DNA of 63,628 nt, filler included, from Welwitschia mirabilis (taxonomy: Eukaryota), in the NCBI GenBank assembly GCA_051453625.1. It is 7 parts of one record of this genome, joined end to end, with 100 filler letters (N's around TTAATTAATTAA, not from the genome) between each part and the next. Parts side by side here need not be neighbours in the genome. Positions count along the whole stretch, not along the records: positions 1 to 25,849 come from JBOZIK010000001.1; positions 25,950 to 35,697 come from JBOZIK010000001.1; 5 more parts are not named here. One strand, 5' to 3'. Of this stretch, positions 24,963 to 35,182 are shown in pieces; within the stretch, counting starts at the first letter, position 1; each line of letters opens with the position of its first letter. Below the pieces are notes generated by a model. It was not told the DNA's origin, ran no database searches, and saw nothing but the letters and a program-made list of their open reading frames with translations. A program made the position numbers and the translations under genes.

Positions 24963-27900
24963 TGTTATAATCCACATTTTGTGAGCTTTAATTAATAGAG
25001 TTTCTAAACTATGTAAAACATTTTGATATTAATTTTAATAAAAATCCCTTTTAATTATTAGTGAGAATTTATGTGTAATCCTATAATCAATAATGTATTC
25101 TATGTCAAACATTATAGATACTCATAAGGTTACTTAATTATTTAATCTTAGTTATGGGTAATTTATTATTTTAAGTTATAATATTGATTATAAAAATTTT
25201 AATACTAAAAAGCCTATTTATGATTAGGCAAGTTATTTTCTATGTTTAAATAGTTAAATCGAAAAAAAATCCATGTCAAAATGTAAAATAATATCTACAA
25301 AAAAAGGGCATGTGACATATTTATTTTAATCATTCATTCATATGTCTTATTCAAGATTTAAAAGAAACTAAAATTACTTGGTAAAAGTGAAAGAATAATA
25401 AGTAAAAGTACTATGTTCAACTATAACAATTTCTTAAATTCAATTATGACATTTTCTTACAACCCATTATGACATTTTTCTTACATTTAATTATGGCATT
25501 CATTTTTTGTTATTTGTTTCGTTGATATGATGAACAATGAAGAGTATAAACATGTGAATAAGGACATGCACTCTTATTCATAAATTAAAAAGAATAAATA
25601 AGTAGAATTTATTATACCATAACTTTTATCCTTATTGATATTTGTGAAAGTAATCTATGTATAAAATATTATTTTTCTTGTTGTATTACATGACCATTTT
25701 GGAGTTGATGCATTTGTTCTTCCAATGCATTTTAAATATGTTCTGAATTAATTATGAGCCTATGAAGGATTAAGAAGGAAATAGAATGAGGAAATGATGC
25801 ATGTAATTAATCTTACTAATTTAAGCAAGAAGATTACTTACCTAAATTANNNNNNNNNNNNNNNNNNNNNNNNNNNNNNNNNNNNNNNNNNNNTTAATTA
25901 ATTAANNNNNNNNNNNNNNNNNNNNNNNNNNNNNNNNNNNNNNNNNNNNTTTTGGCTAAGTGACCAGAGAATTCACTATGATTTTGGATACCCATATTGT
26001 GTTTTATTTTATTATTGGTTAAATGAATTTTACGTCATAGTTTCATTAGAGTCTTATTTAAGATAAATGAGTCTGATCCTCAAGAATATATTTAGGCTAG
26101 GTGCTCCTTCTCAGAAAATCCTAAGGCTCATGATATTGATGCATTATTTATTATAATTCTATAGTAATTCTAATTATTTTATTTACTTATAATACAAATT
26201 AATAGTCAATTTAAATGATTTTCAATCTATAAATTAGTATGATTTCTCTTATTCTTAGTTTAGACAAAGTTTATCATTTATTCTTTTAAGTCAAGCAACT
26301 TAAGAAAGTTATAATTTATTTAATACTAAGTAAAATTTTATAAATTTTTTTTTAGGTCTGTAATTATGTTAGAAAGTTAANNNNNNNNNNNNNNNNNNNN
26401 NNNNNNNNNNNNNNNNNNNNNNNNNNNNNNNNNNNNNNNNNNNNNNNNNNNNNNNNNNNNNNNNNNNNNNNNNNNNNNNNNNNNNNNNNNNNNNNNNNNN
26501 NNNNNNNNNNNNNNNNNNNNNNNNNNNNNNNNNNNNNNNNNNNNNNNNNNNNNNNNNNNNNNNNNNNNNNNNNNNNNNNNNNNNNNNNNNNNNNNNNNNN
26601 NNNNNNNNNNNNNNNNNNNNNNNNNNNNNNNNNNNNNNNNNNNNNNNNNNNNNNNNNNNNNNNNNNNNNNNNNNNNNNNNNNNNNNNNNNNNNNNNNNNN
26701 NNNNNNNNNNNNNNNNNNNNNNNNNNNNNNNNNNNNNNNNNNNNNNNNNNNNNNNNNNNNNNNNNNNNNNNNNNNNNNNNNNNNNNNNNNNNNNNNNNNN
26801 NNNNNNNNNNNNNNNNNNNNNNNNNNNNNNNNNNNNNNNNNNNNNNNNNNNNNNNNNNNNNNNNNNNNNNNNNNNNNNNNNNNNNNNNNNNNNNNNNNNN
26901 NNNNNNNNNNNNNNNNNNNNNNNNNNNNNNNNNNNNNNNNNNNNNNNNNNNNNNNNNNNNNNNNNNNNNNNNNNNNNNNNNNNNNNNNNNNNNNNNNNNN
27001 NNNNNNNNNNNNNNNNNNNNNNNNNNNNNNNNNNNNNNNNNNNNNNNNNNNNNNNNNNNNNNNNNNNNNNNNNNNNNNNNNNNNNNNNNNNNNNNNNNNN
27101 NNNNNNNNNNNNNNNNNNNNNNNNNNNNNNNNNNNNNNNNNNNNNNNNNNNNNNNNNNNNNNNNNNNNNNNNNNNNNNNNNNNNNNNNNNNNNNNNNTTT
27201 GAAAGAATTACTCTAGTGTAGAAAATTAAAGAGATTTTTTCTTTCATTTATTTTAATTACTAAACTTTGAAAAATGTATGATTTTCTTTTATGAAAAACC
27301 AAGAAGATGCTTGTACATTATATTTTTATTCTATATGATTATTTACTTAAAACGAACCCAATGATGATTAGAATTATTTTTATTAGGTAAACAATTCATT
27401 AAATATCCACGTATTTTATGCTTGCATTTTTATAGTGTATTAATTTAACTAAACCAAGATAATCTCAATAATTATTCATCCCCATACTTGGATTTCATCA
27501 CTAAGGTGTGTTGCATTATACGTTTATGTCCAAACCCTTCTGGAAGTGGATTTGATCACCACTATCCTATCCTACCCATGCAGGGACTTACTTCGACTTA
27601 ATATATCAAGCCCTTGGTATCAAAGGATCATTTTGCAATGCTTCAAGGAAGTGGAGGTCACTTGTAATTATGCATCCACCTCACGTACTACCTGTCACCT
27701 GTATTAGGGGTATATCGAGGTGAAGTATAAGCCTATAGAGTTGAGCCCAGCCATGTTTCTATAGTCTATAACCTAAAGTAGAACTAACTCACATTTGGAG
27801 GGTAGCTAGATATCAAGTTGAAATGCCATTAATAGAGGATGCAACCTCTTATTATATTGGTTAGGCACTATTATAAAACTTATCTATTGTACTTTATAAA

Positions 27901-28170
27901 ACAAGTTAACATCTCATTAACTTTATAAAAGATATTGTTTTGTGGTGAAAACAAAGTTAAAAATAAATATAGGACACAATTTTGACATTGTTAGTATATG
28001 CAAAATAAAAGGTTTATAGTTAAGTAATAATTATTTTTTTTAATTATTTTAAATTTTATAATATATGAGTCTAAATAGGATTTAATCCTAGGTCCTATTG
28101 TGCATGTTAGTTAATAATACTTTAAAAAAAAATTATAGTTAATTAGGGTAATCGAAGTTAGGCTGTTACA
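24963..28170. mobile_element. Solo LTR of a Ty3/gypsy element (Tekay/Del-like) inserted in the Sirevirus integrase
   Basis: TGTTATAATCC...GGCTGTTACA termini and a perfect 5-bp TSD AGGAT (24958-24962 and 28171-28175). Removing it restores LIHMNLVDP|SQTKTLARKRYFLTMV. Confidence 0.88.
25850..25949. other. Artificial contig linker N44-TTAATTAATTAA-N44 (12-mer also at 35742, 50531, 58258, 60766, 62162)
   Basis: An identical 12-mer with stops in all six frames sits centred in N runs six times. Confidence 0.97.
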
Positions 28171-30370
28171 AGGATCCACCAAATTCATATGAATAAGTTT
28201 AAGGGGCATTGTTATAGAGAATAAGCTTCTACTTTTATGGGAGGTTCTTATTTGTTTTCATTTTGGCATGCATCACACAACCTATGTTTATCAATGTTGA
28301 TTCTAGGAATCCCTCTTATGGTTCACTTTTCAATAATGATCTTAAGTTAATCATAGTTTATGTAACCTAAATGTTAGTATCATAACACTTCTTGATTTAC
28401 ATGTGAAAAATAACAAACAGAAGAGGGTTGATCAATACTATACACATTGTTAATTCTATTTGCTTTAAGAAGAACCTCATCTATTTTACTATGTCTAACT
28501 TCATATTTTTGACAATAAAAAATAACTCTATGGACTTTGTCACAAATTTGACTAATACTAAGTAAATTATATTTAAGACTATTTAAATATAAAACTTCAT
28601 TATTTTTAAACATGTTACCTTTACTAATGCTTTCAAATTTTGCCTTTTTGTCATCACCGAATGTTACTTCTCATCCATCAACACTTCTTGATTTGTCATT
28701 TATCATATACCAAGAACACCCAGTATTTAAGTACTAATAAGTTTCACTACTAGTCTTAAAAGCTATTTTAATTAATAAGCTTTTTAAGTTATCAGCCCTT
28801 ATCCATTTAGTTCTTTTAAATTATTGTGGTACAGAAGTTTTAAAAATAAATTTGAATAGGAAAGTACTAGTATCACTTTAAAAAAATATAACTTTTTTAA
28901 ATTTGCAAAATAATTTTGAGTGACTTGATTTTTTCAAAAAAATGATAGGTAACCTTTGAAATGAAATTATTTTTTTTGCCATGTTACTTAATTAGAGGAA
29001 GTAAGTACTTTTGAGGAGGTGAATCCAATATGTCTTTTGTTATAGAATGTTTTTTCTATTTCAACAATTTGTTCCAATTTGCTAAAACTATTAGAAAATT
29101 TACTTACAAAATGAGATAGACTTTTTACCTCTTGAATTAGCTTTGTGTTCTCCATTTAAATTTTCTTATAAGTGGTCTATAAAGCTTTAACTTTCTTGTT
29201 AAAAGACTTTACTATTTTGTTTAGCTCATTTATCCATTTAACTAACTTTTCACATTCTGAGTATAGCTCTTAACAAGTGTCTTCTAATTCTTCTTCTCCT
29301 ATCTCTATGATATCTAGATCATCCAGTTCGACTAAACACAGTGCCTCATTTAAGTGTGAAGCTAATAACATAAAAGAGAGTCTTTTATCTCCCTTTGTCT
29401 CTTGACTAGAGCTATTGTCTTCTTCCTCATTTACATTATTCCAAGTAGTTATAAAGGATGGTCTCTTAGATTATCTCTGATCCCTTTTGTTATTAGAACA
29501 TTCATTTGCCACATGTTCATATCCTTTATAATCATATCACTAGATTTCCTTTTCTTTACCTTAGCTTCAATTGACTCCTTCTAGATCCCTTACTTGATTT
29601 TCCATCTCTTCTTTCCTATGAAAGAACTTTTTGAATCTTCTTATTAAAGATGCAACCTCATCCTCATAAAGATCATTATCTAATCTTTCAAAGTTGGCTT
29701 TCTCTTACACACTTTCTAATGTAAGACTTTTCTTCTTATCTTTAGAAAACTTTAATTCATAAGTTTGAAGATTACTGTATAGATCATCTAGGACCATCTA
29801 GTTGATGTTTTTACTTTCTTCATGGTAGTGACCTTTGTCTCAAAATGCTTTGGAAGGGATATTAAGACTTTTCTTACTACTTTGCTTCATCCATCGTTTC
29901 TCCTAGGCTTACCATCGAGTTCACTATATTTGTTAGTTTAGCAAAGAACTCTTAAAGAGTTTCTTCCTCCTCCATATGAATGTCTTAGAACTTGGAGATG
30001 AGCATCTGTAATTTTGCTTGTTTTACAGTGGATGCACCTTTATAAGCTATTTTAAAAATTTTTCACACTTCTTTGGTAGATTTGAAATTTACAATCCTTT
30101 TGAATTCTTTTGAACAAACTACATAAAAGATCACATTAAGAGCACAAACATCTATGGTTTTCTTAGCCTTATTAGTAGGAGTCCATTGGTCTCCCAATTT
30201 CACAATGGTCTTAGTGTTTCCACTACTATCCATTTTAGTTACTGTAGGTTATTCATACCCATTGTAAATAAACTCTTTTATGTTAACACCAAGGGATCTA
30301 AGGAAAACTTTCATCCTAGACTTCCAATAAGCATAGCTAGTTTCATCAAACAATGGTGGCTCTTATGCTA
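28171..30370 (-). pseudogene. Copia gag, protease, GAG-pre-integrase and integrase N-terminus of element B
   Basis: PPLFDETSYAYWKSRMKVFL (~30300-30360), degenerate zinc knuckle YDYKGYEHVANEC (~29500), *YLNTGCSWYM (protease, ~28720), LKYNLLSISQICDK (ORF 28380-28613), CDACQ and LKLIHMNL (~28180-28280). Confidence 0.92.
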
Positions 30371-30392
30371 GAATCTACTACCGACTCAACTT

Positions 30393-30405
30393 GGCTCTTA
30401 TACCA
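30393..30405 (-). promoter_or_regulatory. Primer-binding site (tRNA-iMet type) of element B
   Basis: GGCTCTTATACCA (TGGTATAAGAGCC on minus), 2 nt from the LTR. Confidence 0.88.
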
Positions 30406-30407
30406 AA

Positions 30408-31449
30408 TGGAGGATCTACAAACCCTAGATGGAGGAGGGGTGAATAGGTTTTACAAGATAAAAATAAAAAAGGAGACTGGAGGATATCAGATGAACTTTA
30501 ATGAATAAAAGCATGTAGAAATAACTAAAATGAAAATATCCAAAAAGAATATTGGACAAACTATTTATAGTGCTTTGGGAAAAACTCCTACTTTGCTTTT
30601 AGCTGTTAGCTTTAACCCTAAGTTGATTTAAATCCTTATTGCTTTATTTCTAGATTTCTTGGTCAACTTGTAACCTTTGCAAGTGGATTTTTAAGGCTTA
30701 GTCTCAGCCTCTATAAAGCAAAGTGTTTGGTAAGGATAGTATGCTTGAATGCACTGGATTCATCAAATATGAACTAATAAAAATTAAATACATTACTAAA
30801 AAGAAGTTAATAAGTACAAGCTCATACATTATAGTGGATTACTTTTAACTAATAAATATTAATAGTACAAATGTGCTTTTGTTTTTTAAAAATAATCGGT
30901 GTCAAAGATTCCTATTCTTTTGGCTTACATAGGAGACACATTTTTACATTGAAAAATAAATTTAACACTTGAACAGTTAGGTATGACAAAGTTAACAGCT
31001 AGGAAATATTATGAAAAGTTCCCTTTTTGCTATGACTAGTTGACCCCTCAAAACATCCAGTCGACTTGATTAGTTGTCATTACTAAAGTCAATCAATCCA
31101 ACTTTCTTTTAGTTCATTTGATTATCTTATGTCACGTGGTCTAGTTGACCCTATCTAGTATCTAGTTGAATCCTCATAGCATCTGATCGATCCTACTTAA
31201 GTTTTTCTAGTTTTCTTTTTTCAAGGTTTGGTTAACCCCTCATGAGATCTAGTTAACTACTTTTGTTCAAGTCTAGTCAATCCCTTATAGAATCCCATCA
31301 ACCCCTCATTAATTTCAATAATTTTCTAGGTAAATGAAAGATTTGAAAAACTTTTGACTTATAATACTTTATTAACCTAAAATATGTGCAACATATTAAG
31401 CTATACTTAGTATGTTAGTTTGACATCAATTTGGTAATATAACTTAACA
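30408..31449 (-). repeat. 5' LTR of element B
   Basis: TGGAGGATCTACAAACCC..GAGGGGTGAATAGG (Sirevirus U5 signal)...AACTTAACA. Confidence 0.92.
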
Positions 31450-32330
31450 AAAGATACCTAGAACTAGCAGAGTGAACATAATTTAAAGAAGTGGAATTAA
31501 AAGCAAGGATCTTATCTGAAGTCCTAAAAAGAATGTAACCTTTAATTGCTTTGAAGCTAATCATCTAGTTTTGGACTTGCAGAAGCTTGATTGGACATTT
31601 TGAACTAACTCTACACTTAAATTTTATAATATCTTTCCTAAAAATAACATGGACGATTTCCTCCTCATTCATTACACAATATTCTTTGAATTGCTTCGAA
31701 GTATCAAACATGCATGCTATGGCATGTGATCCATTGAGATCTTCATAGGTGCTAACGCAAATAGTTATTGTTCTTAGATTCAAAGACATAACTTCATTCT
31801 TTGTTAAGATAAAAAAAACTCTACTTTAGGGCCCTAAGAAGCCAGCTAGAAAGAATTACAGAGTCATGCAAAGCTCCATTCTTAAGAAAAAAGAGGGGCA
31901 ACAGGGAGGGAGACGGGGAAGGAGGGGGTCAAGGGCTCAAAATCTTTTGGAAGAGCTTAAAAGATCTATTCTTTGATTTATCCTTATGAAAATATCATTC
32001 TAATTGTAGATAATCCTTTCTTCCTTAGATTTTAGTAGGGACTAAGACATAGATCAGGAAAATTCGGGTCCTTTTTTCGCTCAAATTTCAAATGGCATTA
32101 ACAAATAATAATCATAGTATCATTTGTAAATGGCCTCTGAGAAAACATGTAACACTTTGTAAAGGTAATAATTGTAGAATAGATAAGTGAGGTTTTTAAA
32201 GCACTAAATATTGAGATGTAAGATTTAAATAATGGTGAATAAGTGAGGTATGAAAGATTTGACAGAGGTAAAAAGGCATATGCAATTCTATCACAATCCT
32301 CGGGCTAGCGATGAAGCCATTTCCTAGCCT

Positions 32331-32342
32331 ACTCTGATATCA
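32331..32342 (-). promoter_or_regulatory. Primer-binding site (tRNA-iMet type) of element A
   Basis: ACTCTGATATCA (TGATATCAGAGT on minus, two transitions from TGGTATCAGAGC), adjacent to the LTR. Confidence 0.75.
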
Positions 32343-32344
32343 TG

Positions 32345-32763
32345 TGAAGACATAAAAAACTACTAAACCATCATGTAAGTAAAATTAAAAATTACTAATT
32401 CTTTAGACATTGAGGCCCTATCCCCTGACCATGCTAGGGACAATGGTTGGGCACATTTTTCATTAGTATTTAATCATAAGTTATACATGATGTTGGGAAA
32501 ATAATAGTTCATCTCAATTAGAATGACCTAAGAATTTCTTCACTTATATCCATAATTTATGGATCATAAATGGTAAATTTCTTATTTGTTTTTTTTTAAA
32601 ATCAAGAAACTCTTGTTAATTCTCTCAAATTCCCACCAATCTTGGACTTTTTAGCTAAGAGAATGCTAAAGCTAAACACTTGCTTGCCAACATTATATCT
32701 TTGATATCTCTCTTAACCAACATATTAAAATGCTGGCATTAGCTATGCCAAATTATCCTAATA
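32345..32763 (-). repeat. 5' LTR of element A
   Basis: TGAAGA...ATCCTAATA (terminal CA>TA); homologous to 15193-15719. Confidence 0.8.
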
Positions 32764-32989
32764 ACCTCAATTCCTTATACTAATACATTTACTTCGTAAC
32801 CAATAGGAATTGAGGAAATTGGTGCTCATAGCATGCTTGATCATGGTTCCAATAGAAATTTAGTACGTTCTCCAACTAAAGAAGCTGATACTACCCATAG
32901 ATGATGTCTAAGTACTTAGCTACAATACACTATTCAACATATTCACAATCATGAAAAGGAAAAACCTGAAACTATGTAAAACTCTTATG

Positions 32990-33700
32990 CATATCCTATT
33001 GATAATGATGAGCTTCATCTAACTATTGATGGTGAACTAATCTCTTTTAAAGATATCATTCTACATAATCAAAGGATTTAATTCATGAAGGAAGAATACT
33101 ATGTCCTTATAGAAATGATACATGGGAGTTAGTCCATAAAATTAAGGAACTTATAGCACATGGAGTTATTACACCACTACATCATTTGACCATAGAACCA
33201 ATAATTGATACTTAGATAAAGACAGTTGGTCAAAAGAAGTTCTAGTATTTTCAATTCAAAATGGATTAATAATGAGTTGTTTTGAAATCATTATTTTCTC
33301 TTGTAAATTATAGGCTTCATTTAACTTTTGATTCTCTATTTGGAATTGCTCTTGAATCCTAGTACTGCAAGATGTGTAGTACAATTTTATCATAGTACTA
33401 TGAGATGTGTGTAATGCGACCACTTATTATTTAATCATTTTGTATAAGTCCTTATTTTAAGGGATTTAGCATAAACCCATTTCACACCAAATTATGTGGA
33501 CCTTCAAATGTTTATCACTTTGTACTTAGACCATAAAGTAATACCTACTACAACTATCTCATAGGTTAAGAGAGCTCATTTCTAATTTTTGAAATTCAAA
33601 TGCCAGATAACTAGGAAGACCATTTATTAAAGATGTTTTGTTCATCAAAGAAGGTCTATGTAAGGATTTCTTGATTATAGGACAATGAAAATTTTGAAAA
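32990..33700 (+). pseudogene. Scattered Ty1/copia pol fragments
   Basis: MKEEY...TWELV (start of RT, ~33085-33135) and IKDVLFIKEGLCKDFLIIGQ (protease-like, ~33625-33685). Confidence 0.45.
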
Positions 33701-34959
33701 AGAAGCAGATAACATGCATGGTGGGTTGCTATAGAAAAGGCTAGGAACATGTCATAACTTTAGTTTAGTGATATTCATAGCATTCAAGAAATTATTACTA
33801 GAAAAGATGTACTAGCAAAACTTCTAGCTAGGATGTGACACTGACTAAGGGAATATGATATACCTCATTATGCATTAAAGATTTTATAAGAAAAGACTCT
33901 ATAATCATTTCCTATTATGATGCCTACGAGATTTGCAAGGATTTAAATGTGATAATAAAGCAAAAAAGTGACTAGAATTAGAAACATTTTTGATATTCTT
34001 TTAAAGAGAACAGAAACTAGCAATGTAGCATCAAACATTAACATCTTAAAATTCACAACTAAAAGCTTTAACTTTTACAAAAACTTTTATTAAATATATA
34101 AAACAAAAATCCTTAAATGAATCTATATGCATACAAAAATACATTCTTAAGTAACTTTTGAAAGTAAAGAAGATAAATAACTCACTTAATGTTTAAATAT
34201 AAGAGGAAATAAATACTTCTTTATTTACAGGATATTACAAGTATCATATTGATATCATATCTCAAAAGTCAACCATAAGATATAACAAATTACAAGTTAC
34301 AAGGATGAACAAATCACTCCATTTTAATAATTTCTCATGCATAAGCTAAAAAAATCATCATTTTTAAATGCCCTTCTGGGTAAGACAAAATTAGTTTTTT
34401 CTATGCTCCACTCAATCACCTATGAAACACAAATAACATGGTGTAAGAACTGTAACTTTTACAGATTCTAGTATGGTCCATGAAAAGGTTTTAGGTAGGG
34501 GGTTTTCTAAGATTAAGATAGGATCCTCTAGAAAATCGAATATGATAAATACCTCATACTAGATGCAATAATTTAGAAACACATTTTTAAGTCTCAATAC
34601 TCCAAGAATATACAGTGATAAAATTCCCTGTCAAAAGCACATCAAAAATACCACTTATCTAGAGATTCATTCATATGGCCAATAGGAATCCTTCAGAGGG
34701 GATAATCCCTCTAAAGCTGCATGTCATGCATAATTAGATAGGTTACAAACATTACTCTGATCACTTCGATAGCTCACTCCCGTGACTAATGAAAGTTCTT
34801 CGAGTGGCCCAACCTCTGAACTCCCATAGTTTAGATTACTTAGTAAGTTTTAGACATAGAATGACTAAGATATTATATGCATAATGAAAAAGACTCTCAA
34901 GATCAAGCAAGAAATATCTATGATACACATAAAAGATGCAAGAATTAATTAGAACATGC

Positions 34960-35182
34960 AAGAAATGACTAGAGGTCCATAAACAATACAAGAAAAGAAT
35001 TAAAGGACTGTAAACCATACAAGAAAGGAATTGGAGAACCATAAGCCATACAAGAAAGAATTTGAAGAACCAAAAACCATACATGAAAGGATTTAAAGAA
35101 CTAGAAACCATAGAATAAAAGAAAAAAGACCATAGAATCATACAAGAATGAAATGAAAACCATAAAAACCACATAAGAATGA
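34960..35182. repeat. Degenerate ~31-bp minisatellite (>=6 units, runs into gap), probably within an LTR remnant
   Basis: Units like AAGAAAGAATTTGAAGAACCA.AAACCATAC start at 34990, 35021, 35052 and 35083. Confidence 0.85.

Larger units (their letters stand above)
19720..31449 (-). mobile_element. Full-length decayed Sirevirus (SIRE/Maximus) Ty1/copia (element B)
   Basis: Paired LTRs 19720-20734 and 30408-31449 (TG..CA, ~80% identical by eye), TSD AAAGG/AAAGA, Met PBS, gag-PR-INT-RT-RH order, extra ORF and multiple PPTs. Confidence 0.93.
18297..31880 (-). pseudogene. Four-exon WD40-like beta-propeller pseudogene (At3g54190/At2g38630-like); exons ~31880-31458, 19488-19284, 18996-18770, 18508-~18297; intron 1 holds the Sirevirus
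   Basis: Three GT..AG introns with compatible phases (2, 0, 1). Translated segments: YEDLNG..MFDTSKQFKEY..CPIKLLQVQN, YAFPFE|RISYY*LF, ADSITLLDFDKILSFDK, GLTRGQCCNYIRTPN, ALGDKIQWLHVW. These are colinear with recalled family motifs FDDVNG..VFDLKNY..VPLKILSIED, AFIFLYENQLF, NNIYITSDQDLIISYCK, NILTGKCLAKI, ALED..LHVWSN. In-frame stops and frameshifts are present. Family assignment is from memory. Confidence 0.55.
15193..32763 (-). mobile_element. Outer non-autonomous copia-like LTR element (element A) hosting nested insertions and a captured gene
   Basis: Related LTRs at 15193-15719 and 32345-32763, a tRNA-Met-type PBS next to the right LTR and a PPT next to the left LTR, with extra PPT-like tracts at ~16698 and ~16758. 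No recognisable gag-pol of its own. No TSD found (AGAAG vs ACCTC), so the two LTRs may come from different copies. Confidence 0.6.

Noticed and set aside
31458-31880. Papain-like protease reading of 'GSHAIAC...QVQN'
   Set aside because: No QNSWG motif or catalytic Cys region; the WD40-like alignment explains all four exons colinearly.
34836-35174. 112-aa hydrophobic ORF resembling a membrane protein
   Set aside because: It is the reverse translation of the A-rich 31-bp minisatellite.
34960-35182. Minisatellite and the 14.4-kb / 39.1-kb repeats as CRISPR arrays
   Set aside because: Units are degenerate, lack regular unique spacers and have no cas genes; the context is eukaryotic.
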